NCBI GenBank assembly: GCA_038046625.1
Contig: JBBSVV010000031.1
Span: 1-18,742 of the forward strand
From: an archaeon
GTDB lineage: Archaea > Iainarchaeota > Iainarchaeia > Iainarchaeales > Iainarchaeaceae
Direction: 5' to 3'
DNA: 18,742 nucleotides
The notes under the pieces are model-generated. The model did no database searches and was not told where the DNA came from. It worked only from the letters and a program-made list of their open reading frames with translations. The position numbers and the translations under genes are program-made. Position 1 is the stretch's first letter; every line of letters starts with the position of its first letter. Positions 1 through 7,318 of this stretch are shown here, piece by piece.

Positions 1-3000
1 CAAATTGCTACTGTTTGCCATATCGCAGATGCGCCTTCTGTACCATTAGCCTGAACGTATAGAGCAGTGTTCATGTCATAAATGGCAAATTGTGTTGCTG
101 CTGGATTTCCATTTACATTAACGGTTACATTGAGCGTAGTATCAGCTGGAGTTCCCGTGGCAACTGTTGGAGCCGATGGAACGTTTGCGAGGGTGAATTT
201 ACAAATGCTTGATGTTGCCGAGGAATTGTTGTCCGCGTTGTCCGTTGCAAGCACAGTGAAGCAATAATACCCGTTCAAATCAAGGCTACTGAAACTGGTT
301 GTTGTTGCGCCTGCAACGACCTTGTCTTTCGCATCAGTGCCGCCGGCCGTGCACAGTGTGCCGATAACACAGTTCACGAAGTACTGCTTCAAACCGGAAG
401 AAACAGTTGCTGAAGAAATTTCCTGCACTTTCACATTATCTATCCACGCACTCCCGTTCGGCGAGCCGGCTCCAAAGGCACGCAATTCAAGCGAGGTTGC
501 ATTTGAAGGCACTTTCACAACTTCAGAATAATAAGTCCAAGGAGTTGTTCCAGACACTACAATTCCGCCAGTGTCAATTGTTCCAGATTGGAAAAGGTCA
601 ATGTTTACTTGCCCTGCTGTCAAGGCTGTTTTCATCCAGCCTGAAAGCAAGACTGTTTTTCCAGCCAGTGTGTTTCCAAAACTCTGCGAACGGCCGAATG
701 CCACAGTACCGCCATTTCCATTAAGCTTTAGCGAATACGTTCCCAAGTAAGCATCGTCGCTTGCCTGGCTTGTTCCGGTTGTGGTTGCCACCGCATTGGC
801 CCAGTCAATCAAGAAGTCATCTTCAAAACCAAAGCTTTTCACTAAATTGCTCTCGTTCCCGAAGCTGTCGAAAGCGGTAACCGTGTAGTTATAGTCATTT
901 CCGGAATCAGTTGAGGCGTTCCAGGCCACATTCAAAGTGGTGGTGGCAGGGCTGATGACTCCTGGATTTGGTGGGGTTGAGGGGGCTGTAGAATCTATGG
1001 CATTAGTGTCCGCGAAAGTGTTTGCATCAAGCAACGGAGTGATTTTCAAGTTGTCGACATACCAAGTCGTGTCGACAGTGCTGTAGCCAGCATTTGCAAA
1101 CCAGAGTTTCTTCAGGCCGGTTGTCCCGCTGTCAGTGTAAACAGTTCCTCCCACATTCACGTCATTAATGTAAACTGTGGTCTTCTTGTTGTATTGGTCA
1201 AATATTATTTTCATGTGGTATGTCTGGCCAATGGTAAGGGCTTTTGCGGTGACATATGCTGAACCGTTATAAATTTGATAATTTTCGTTATTGATTCTGG
1301 ACCAGAGGGAGGTATTGAAATCTGAGCTGATAGTCGAAGCAGAGCTTCCAGCCACAAACATGAAATCCCACCCAGTAGAGTCCGCAATATTCACATCAAA
1401 CTCCACTATTGCGTTGCCTTTTATTTCATTGGTTAAAGTAAACAACGCGTAATCTTGGGTACCGTCAGGCGCCGCAGCCGGATGGTACATTCTCAACTTG
1501 TTCTCCGCAATCGTGTAGGTTGAGCCATCAGCAACACCTTTTGTCCAGCCGCTGATGCTTGTGATGTCGGTTCCGTTTGCCGCGGTAAATGGCTGGAAGG
1601 TCCCGTTCATAGGATTCCAAGAGCCTCCGTTGTCCGCGCTTTTCTCCAAGCCGTATTTTCTCGCGCCGATGTGGTAAAGCGTGTTCACGTCGGTTGCGCT
1701 CAAAACCCTGTTGAAGACCGCAACCTCGTCAATCTGCCCATTGAAATAATACGCGGAGTTGGATTCTTTTCCGATGTTGAGCGACAGGCTTCCGGTAGTT
1801 ATGTCGGTTGTGAGTGCATTCGAGCCAATGAGGCTGCCGTCATCCCAATAAAGTTTTGAGCCCGCGGTTGAGCTCACCGTTGCCGTAACCATGTGCCAGC
1901 CGCTCGCAATTCCGGGTGCGGTTGCCGTAATATCGTAAGTCCCGACATTGGCGCCCCGCCTCGCCACCATGTATAGTTGCGACGCCGAAGGGTAACCCCA
2001 GATTATGTCGGCTCCGTAGAGGCCGGCGCTTCCGTCGGCGGCCCCGAAAGGCCTGTTCCCTATTCCGGAAGCCGAGGATTTTGCCCAAAAAGTGTACGAA
2101 AAATTCGTGGTCGGGAGAACATAAGTTGTCTGCACATAATTGCTGCTTCCGTTAAAGCTGAGCGCTTTCCCGATTTTTCCGTTCACATAAGCCGGAGAAC
2201 TTACCAAAGTCCCGTTTTTGTCTTGCTCGCTTGAGTCATAAGCTATTGTCCCCGAACCTTCCTCGAAGCGCCAGTAGCCAAGCATGTTCGGGGCAATGAA
2301 GGTTGTGTAGCTCGAGTTGTCATCAGAAGCGAGCCAGTTCAGGTCAGCATGCGCCAAAGAGCTTGATGCATTTCCGACGCTTGCCGTGAAGCTTGTGGGA
2401 ACCGAAGGGCCGGAACGGTCGTAAATCAATACAACCTTTTCGCCTGAATTGACAGAGCCCCCGCTTCCTTTAGTGGCAACCCGGTACCAGTAAGTAGAGT
2501 TATCGGCAATATCGCTGCCGGTATATGTAATGGTGTTCGCCGCCACCGAACTCAAAGTGCCCCAATTCGTTCCCGAATCGTTGCTGCGCTGCACGTCATA
2601 GCCTGTTTCCTCGTTTGCGTCTGTCCAGCCAAGAGTTACAGCTCCACGGGTTGAGTTAAGGGGATAAGATGTGGAAGTGGTCGCGGTCACAGTGCCGGGG
2701 GCGTTTGAAACATAAACAACAACAAGGACCGGCCAGAGGGACGCACCTGCTTCGTAGGCGTCCGCTTCGGCCCAATTGGCGCCGTTAACCGGTTCGGTGC
2801 TTTTCCTTATGCCTACATTAAAATACGCACCTGAAGAGAGCTGGTTGAACAGGTTCGTGGCCGCAGTTGAACCAAGGTCGCATGTCTTGTACGCCCCGGT
2901 CGGAAGAGCAGTGAAACAGGAGGTCGTTGTATAGATTTGTGCTCCGGGGCCAATTGCATTGTAAAGGATTGTGGGATCATCAGCACAATTATTGATTGCA

Positions 3001-4940
3001 TTATTCAAATCACGGACCTCATCAGTATAATCCGTGCCGGTAACAGTGGCATTGTAGAGCTTCAGGCTAACACTGGCAATCGGGGAACCAGCGGTAATTC
3101 CTGCTGTGGAGAAATTGAGCCAACTTCTGTATATTGTATTTACTGTGACAAAAGAATTTCCACGAAAAAATGAAGAGTTAAGGTTCCTGCAGGTGCCTAC
3201 ACCGGTTTCGAGATAAACATCCCCGTCATTGGCGCCCGCTGAAATAGTTATGTTTGTTGTCGGGTCAATCCTGACCGGGTAAACCCTGCTCCCATTGTCC
3301 AGCCAAGAATAAGGGATATTAGTGTAAAGGAAAACTTTGCCGCCCTGCTTTTCAATTGTGTAAGTCAGGCTTATTTCAAAGTTATTGCCGGACGGGTTTC
3401 CGGGGGCAAGCTCATTTGCCCTGTCGCTTGAAATGGCCCTTGCAACAGGGATGAACAGCTGCGCCGTCCCGCTTGCATCCCTTAGCTCGAGGTGCTGTGA
3501 AGTGGTTATGGTTGAGCCATCATAAGGCGAACCGTTTACATAAAGTGTCAGGTTATCCGGAATGCCAAGCTCTTCCTTGAACTTCAACATTAATGAACCG
3601 GAACCGGAATTTGGCGCAGGCAAAGAACCCCTGGAGTTTATTGTAAGTGTCTTTTGCAGGCCATCGAAACTATAGGCATACTCAAGGTCAATGCCGCCGG
3701 AGAAAACGTCCGCAAACTTTGACCTGTTCCTGAACACCGAATTGCTGCCCGGTTTTGTGGCAATTTTTCCAATATCCTGCACATTGCCGTTTCCATCATC
3801 ATACAAAAGCCCGCTGACGCTGAAGCTTAGTGTAAAGTCGCCCTTGTCAACCCTTACCGCATCAGGCTGTGAAAGGCTGTTTTTCCAGTACGCATTAAAT
3901 GCCCCCTGCTCTGCCTCATAATCATAATCCGCCCTTGCCTGCAATTTCTGCTTGAGCTTAACATCATTTTCCGCATTGGCTTTGGCGAGTTTACCGGCCT
4001 TGTCCAACGCTTTTATTCCCCTGTCAATTTTTTTGATGGAACCATTTTCATCGGCGTAATTGACCGGGGCCCCATAAATATAAGCGGTTCTATTGTCGCC
4101 GTCACAGTAAATGTTGGCGTTATCCTTCCTGTCGCATGGCTGCTCCCCCGGCCTCTCAATCTCATCAATAGTTTTGGTGTCAAATTCGGTTACATTGACA
4201 TCGATGGTTTTGCCATTGCCCGTGACAACTTTTATGGTTCCGGAGCCAGTGACTCCGGTTCCAGGGGAAACATTCTGGTCTGACGGGGGCTGTGAAACGG
4301 CACACTGCCCGTTCGAACAAATTTTTCCATTTGGATTGAAAGTTGAGTCACTCACGCCATCACAGGATTTTCCCTCGTTCAGCGCGGAACAAGCTATTTC
4401 AATCGCGCCGCATGCCTCGGGCTTTGATTCGTTGCCTGAGGAGCAGTACTCCGTGTAACACCGTTTGTCAAGGCAGACCCCATTGTATGAAACCCCTCCG
4501 GAAGAATTCGTTCCGCATGATGCCCCGTCTCCGCACGCATTGCATCCCGCAAAAGGCTTTGCAAGGACCGGATGTTCACAAACCGTTGATTCCTGGCATA
4601 TTTTATCATAAGTGCATACTCCGTCGGCGGTGTACGGGTTTACCGCATCATCGCTGCAAAGCTCGCCCGCGTTCGAGGCAGAACAGCTTCCGCACGCGCC
4701 ATTAACGCACACCAGCTTCGCTCCGCAATCAGCGGCAGTCGAACAACTCTCGCCCGCAAAAAGCGCGACCTGTTCCTGTGCGGCATCAGTATTTTTTGCG
4801 GCCCCAAAAACCTGCGCAAAAGAGGAAAGAACCGCAAAATCCGGGAAAACAGGCTGGCTCTGGAGGGTTCCAAAGGCTGCAAGAATAAGCAAAACGGCTA
4901 ACGCTGCTGCCGCTGTAAAAGCGAAACGTGGAAGCCCCAT
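1..4940 (-). CDS. Giant secreted multidomain surface/adhesin protein (>1,646 aa, 3' end outside window): signal peptide, Cys-rich region, PVNY...YPVRIDPT domain, DNRLRE-like domain, FN3 domains, LamG domain, two lectin/CBM-like beta-sandwiches
   Basis: Manual translation from ATG 4940 (MGLPRFAFTAAAALAVLLILAAFG) stays open to the window edge. Motifs: LamG GYWRFEEGSG...GKALSFNG...GWHMVTAT...FNGQIDEVAVFNRVLS; FN3 LGWTDANEETGYDVQRS...YWYRVAT; CBM4/9-like FGFE...AYLGTYSLKL...LSGWMKT...WIDNVKV. Absent from the ORF track because there is no stop codon in the window. Confidence 0.93.
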   Translation of the reverse strand, partial: MGLPRFAFTAAAALAVLLILAAFGTLQSQPVFPDFAVLSSFAQVFGAAKNTDAAQEQVALFAGESCSTAADCGAKLVCVNGACGSCSASNAGELCSDDAVNPYTADGVCTYDKICQESTVCEHPVLAKPFAGCNACGDGASCGTNSSGGVSYNGVCLDKRCYTEYCSSGNESKPEACGAIEIACSALNEGKSCDGVSDSTFNPNGKICSNGQCAVSQPPSDQNVSPGTGVTGSGTIKVVTGNGKTIDVNVTEFDTKTIDEIERPGEQPCDRKDNANIYCDGDNRTAYIYGAPVNYADENGSIKKIDRGIKALDKAGKLAKANAENDVKLKQKLQARADYDYEAEQGAFNAYWKNSLSQPDAVRVDKGDFTLSFSVSGLLYDDGNGNVQDIGKIATKPGSNSVFRNRSKFADVFSGGIDLEYAYSFDGLQKTLTINSRGSLPAPNSGSGSLMLKFKEELGIPDNLTLYVNGSPYDGSTITTSQHLELRDASGTAQLFIPVARAISSDRANELAPGNPSGNNFEISLTYTIEKQGGKVFLYTNIPYSWLDNGSRVYPVRIDPTTNITISAGANDGDVYLETGVGTCRNLNSSFFRGNSFVTVNTIYRSWLNFSTAGITAGSPIASVSLKLYNATVTGTDYTDEVRDLNNAINNCADDPTILYNAIGPGAQIYTTTSCFTALPTGAYKTCDLGSTAATNLFNQLSSGAYFNVGIRKSTEPVNGANWAEADAYEAGASLWPVLVVVYVSNAPGTVTATTSTSYPLNSTRGAVTLGWTDANEETGYDVQRSNDSGTNWGTLSSVAANTITYTGSDIADNSTYWYRVATKGSGGSVNSGEKVVLIYDRSGPSVPTSFTASVGNASSSLAHADLNWLASDDNSSYTTFIAPNMLGYWRFEEGSGTIAYDSSEQDKNGTLVSSPAYVNGKIGKALSFNGSSNYVQTTYVLPTTNFSYTFWAKSSASGIGNRPFGAADGSAGLYGADIIWGYPSASQLYMVARRGANVGTYDITATAPGIASGWHMVTATVSSTAGSKLYWDDGSLIGSNALTTDITTGSLSLNIGKESNSAYYFNGQIDEVAVFNRVLSATDVNTLYHIGARKYGLEKSADNGGSWNPMNGTFQPFTAANGTDITSISGWTKGVADGSTYTIAENKLRMYHPAAAPDGTQDYALFTLTNEIKGNAIVEFDVNIADSTGWDFMFVAGSSASTISSDFNTSLWSRINNENYQIYNGSAYVTAKALTIGQTYHMKIIFDQYNKKTTVYINDVNVGGTVYTDSGTTGLKKLWFANAGYSTVDTTWYVDNLKITPLLDANTFADTNAIDSTAPSTPPNPGVISPATTTLNVAWNASTDSGNDYNYTVTAFDSFGNESNLVKSFGFEDDFLIDWANAVATTTGTSQASDDAYLGTYSLKLNGNGGTVAFGRSQSFGNTLAGKTVLLSGWMKTALTAGQVNIDLFQSGTIDTGGIVVSGTTPWTYYSEVVKVPSNATSLELRAFGAGSPNGSAWIDNVKVQEISSATVSSGLKQYFVNCVIGTLCTAGGTDAKDKVVAGATTTSFSSLDLNGYYCFTVLATDNADNNSSATSSICKFTLANVPSAPTVATGTPADTTLNVTVNVNGNPAATQFAIYDMNTALYVQANGTEGASAIWQTVAI

Positions 4941-4968
4941 GAAATCGCTAACAATAAACGCTTATTCA

Positions 4969-4976
4969 AATATAAA
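4969..4976 (-). promoter_or_regulatory. Putative archaeal TATA box of the giant surface protein gene
   Basis: TTTATATT on the minus strand about 30 nt upstream of ATG 4940. Confidence 0.5.
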
Positions 4977-4995
4977 GGTTACATTTAAGGGCGCA

Positions 4996-5266
4996 GGCCG
5001 AGAGAAACCTCACAGCCTTCAGGCCATAGGTGAATCGAGGCCGTCGTGAAGGCGTTGTTAACCCTTTTAAATTCAAACTACAGAATTTTCTTTTATTAGC
5101 CACTTTTGCAGGCCGTATTTTTCAATTTTTACTTCGCCTATTGTTTCAGTCTCTTTTTTTCCTTTGCACAAAATTGTTGCTTTGGTTATTTTTTTTTTTT
5201 TTTGCAGAATTCAATCAGACCCCCGGTTTCTCTTTTTGGCGGGGTTTACCCCCCGAGCGGATGTCA
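4996..5266 (+). mobile_element. Decayed non-autonomous IS200/IS605-family derivative (left-end-like and right-end-like hairpins, no transposase)
   Basis: 4996-5042 GGCCGAGAGAAACCTCACAGCC-TTCA-GGCCATAGGTGAATCGAGGCC resembles archaeal IS605/IS1341 left ends. 5235-5266 TTTGG(C)GGGG-TTTA-CCCCCCGAG then CGGATGTCAC resembles a right end finishing in TCAC. The interior is T-rich and non-coding (T15 at 5189-5203). Confidence 0.5.
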
Positions 5267-5276
5267 CGCTACGGCA

Positions 5277-5576
5277 TTATTTTGCTATTATTTTTATTCC
5301 TTCTTTTTCCGGCAACAGGGAAACATCCTCATTCACTTTGAGGTTGTATTTTTTCGTGAGTTCTTTTGGTATCCTGAGACCCATGCTTTCCCCCCACTTA
5401 GAGAGCCTTGCCGTGTATTTTTTCATTTTCCTGTACTTGTCTGCTACGCTGTGGAGCTGCTTCATGTCAACTATTTCCTCGCCGCACTCCTTGCATTGGT
5501 AATAATTGTATTCAACGCCTTCAGGCGTGGTTCCTTTTTTTTGAATCATTTTTCCAGTGCATTTCACGCAATTCAT
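5277..5576 (-). CDS. Antitoxin: YgiT/MqsA-type zinc ribbon fused to an AbrB/MazE DNA-binding domain
   Basis: MNCVKC...YQCKECGEE (two CxxC) plus LSKWGESMGLRIPKEL...LKVNEDV (AbrB/MazE signature). ATGA overlap with the upstream gene. Confidence 0.88.
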   Translation of the reverse strand: MNCVKCTGKMIQKKGTTPEGVEYNYYQCKECGEEIVDMKQLHSVADKYRKMKKYTARLSKWGESMGLRIPKELTKKYNLKVNEDVSLLPEKEGIKIIAK

Positions 5577-5809
5577 TTTCCATGCCTCCTTGCTATGGTG
5601 ATTATTTTTATTGTGTCGCCGATTATTTCATCAACGCAAATTATGCTGCCATTCCTGAGTGTTTTCTCGAACCTTACCATGTTCTTGCCAAACCTCTTCA
5701 TTGTGCCTGTTTGCAGGGTTTCCTCAATCAGGTCTGGATGAACGCCCCTCTGCATAGCCCTGATGAGCGCGTGCCTCATTATCACAATCCTGTACTTTCC
5801 CTTCTGCAA
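5573..5809 (-). CDS. DUF4258-like (RelE-like fold) putative toxin
   Basis: IVIMRHALIRAMQRGVHPDLIEETL...IKIITI matches the DUF4258 pattern HA..RM..RGI. 78 aa, basic, translationally coupled to a zinc-ribbon gene. TTG start. Confidence 0.82.
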   Translation of the reverse strand: MQKGKYRIVIMRHALIRAMQRGVHPDLIEETLQTGTMKRFGKNMVRFEKTLRNGSIICVDEIIGDTIKIITIARRHGK

Positions 5810-5949
5810 ACAACCACATACAAAAATGGCGCACTAATAATATTTAAAGATATCTAATGATATTAATCGAAAAGGTGGTGTTAAATTTACCGCCACCTAC
5901 TATCTAAGCATGAGTGGTGTTAAAAATCAAAAATATGAACACCTCAAAA

Positions 5950-5981
5950 AAATCCCCCGCCTTTAGGCGTGGGTGATTCAC
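5950..5981 (+). mobile_element. IS200/IS605-type right-end hairpin (orphan)
   Basis: AAAT-CCCCCGCC-TTTA-GGCGTGGG-TGATTCAC: an imperfect subterminal palindrome followed by a TCAC terminus. Confidence 0.72.
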
Positions 5982-6174
5982 CAGCAAGAAAATGCGGTTT
6001 ATGTTCATTTGTTCAAACCGTTGCTTCGGCCCGCGGTGCCCAGAGAAACCGCGCCGTTTTTTTGCCATTGCAATTTTTCCGGGCCCACAAAGCGCCGGCT
6101 ACATAATGCGCGTTTTCCATGCCTGCGCAAAAACCGCGTTATACATAAAAGTTTTTTCCGCATTTTTTTTGCTG
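5982..6174. repeat. 193-bp segment bounded by imperfect inverted repeats with three internal hairpins
   Basis: CAGCAAGAAAATGCGG (5982-5997) vs CCGCATTTTTTTTGCTG (6158-6174); TTTATGT (5998-6004) vs ACATAAA (6143-6149). Inner stems at 6027-6056, 6079-6098 and 6107-6129. Confidence 0.55.
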
Positions 6175-6293
6175 CGAAGCAAACCCACCGCCAACGGAAT
6201 TCCAACGGGGGATTGGGTTGCCGCGAAGTGAATTACCCGCGCCCAAAGGCACGGGCTTCCCGTCAACGGAACCCCCTACACGGGGGTGGGTTG
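6169..6293 (+). repeat. Diverged tandem duplication; second copy contains the IS605-type end
   Basis: Copy 1 (6169-6217): TTGCTGCGAAG...CCGCCAACGGAA...ACGGGGGATTGGG. Copy 2 (6218-6290): TTGCCGCGAAG...CCGTCAACGGAA...ACGGGGGTGGG. Both are followed by TTG. Confidence 0.6.
6228..6259 (-). mobile_element. IS200/IS605-type right-end hairpin (orphan, inverted relative to 5950-5981)
   Basis: Minus strand reads GAAG-CCCGTGCC-TTTG-GGCGCGGG-TAATTCAC; 25 of 32 nt identical to the 5950-5981 copy. Confidence 0.75.
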
Positions 6294-6302
6294 TGTGATT
6301 CC

Positions 6303-6310
6303 TTTATTTA
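6303..6310 (+). promoter_or_regulatory. Putative TATA box for a leaderless pfkB-family transcript
   Basis: TTTATTTA ends 24 nt before ATG 6334; no ribosome-binding motif between them. Confidence 0.5.
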
Positions 6311-6333
6311 CCAGAACCGCAGTATTTTGAAGC

Positions 6334-7296
6334 ATGCTTGACGTCATTTCAATCGGCTCCGCAGCGCAGGATGTTTTCGTGCACATTCCGCAGGAATACT
6401 TTGCGGCAAAAACCTGCGTCTTTTACCCGGGCTCGAAAATCGAGATAAAGGACATGGATTACTTTTCAGGAGGGGGCGCAACAAACACAAGCGTTGCTTT
6501 CTCGCGCATGGGCCTCAAGGCAGGCATACTCTGCGCGCTCGGGGATGACAAGAGCGCCTCCGAGATTCTCGCGGAACTAAAGCGCGAAAAGGTTGATGCG
6601 CGTTTTATCCCGAGGATGAAGGGCATGAAAACCCCGTACTCGGTAATACTCACGGGCTTCTCGAGGGACAGGATAATCCTGTGCTACAGCGCAACCTCCG
6701 GAATGCTCTCGAAGGCAAAAATAGGCTGGAAGAATCTGCGCGCAAAATGGTTCCACATTTCCTCGCTGCACTCAAAGCCGGCCCTGCTCGGAAAAATCCT
6801 CGGGCACGCAAAAAAGACAGGCGCAAGGATTTCATTCAACCCGGGTTCCGAGGAACTCAAGTTAGGTGTCCAAGGGCTAAAAAGAATAGTCGGGAAGGCG
6901 GGCATCCTGTTTCTGAACAATGAGGAAGCATTGAAGCTTACGGGCTCCGCGGACGTGCACAGGAACCTCAAAAAGCTCCTTGAGCTTGCCGAAATAGTGG
7001 TTATCACCGAAGGAAAGCACGGTTCGCACGCAACAAACGGCACCTCAATATTCTCCGCAGGAATTTTTCCCGTGAAAATGATTGATGTTACCGGCGCGGG
7101 GGACGCGTTTGCCTCCGGATTCGCATCCGCAATCATCAAGGGCCGCGGAATAGAAGACGCGCTTGTTTACGGAACCGCCAACGCGAGCTCCATTGTAACT
7201 GCGCTCGGAACAAAAAACATCCTGCTCTCGGAAAAAGGAATCAAAAAATTCCTTTCAAAGCATGGCAAACTGAAAATAACAAAAGAGAAATTGTGA
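6334..7296 (+). CDS. PfkB/ribokinase-family carbohydrate kinase
   Basis: GGGATNTSVAFSRMG (signature 1), LNNEEA, ITEGKHGS and DVTGAGDAF (anion hole, catalytic Asp). Substrate cannot be determined from the sequence. Confidence 0.95.
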   Translation: MLDVISIGSAAQDVFVHIPQEYFAAKTCVFYPGSKIEIKDMDYFSGGGATNTSVAFSRMGLKAGILCALGDDKSASEILAELKREKVDARFIPRMKGMKTPYSVILTGFSRDRIILCYSATSGMLSKAKIGWKNLRAKWFHISSLHSKPALLGKILGHAKKTGARISFNPGSEELKLGVQGLKRIVGKAGILFLNNEEALKLTGSADVHRNLKKLLELAEIVVITEGKHGSHATNGTSIFSAGIFPVKMIDVTGAGDAFASGFASAIIKGRGIEDALVYGTANASSIVTALGTKNILLSEKGIKKFLSKHGKLKITKEKL

Positions 7297-7318
7297 GTTC
7301 CGCCGCCGGGCTGTTGCA

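Noticed and set aside
82..5049. Many short ORFs in the track, on both strands
   Set aside because: They are antisense or off-frame shadows of the continuous minus-strand ORF starting at 4940.
5189..5203. T15 tract as terminator of the TA operon
   Set aside because: The operon is on the minus strand, where the tract reads A15; homopolymer length may also be unreliable.
5030..5857. Phe-rich plus-strand ORFs (103-211 aa) that look like membrane proteins
   Set aside because: They arise from T-tracts and the antisense of the Lys-rich TA genes, and show no family motifs.
5873..6293. Possible CRISPR mini-array or tRNA
   Set aside because: The repeats are only two diverged or inverted copies without regular spacers. 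There is no cas gene, T-loop consensus or tRNA-sized cloverleaf.
5973..6341. ORFs across the palindromic spacer as a possible tnpA or tnpB remnant
   Set aside because: No HUH/Tyr, RuvC or zinc-finger motif was seen in the listed frames.
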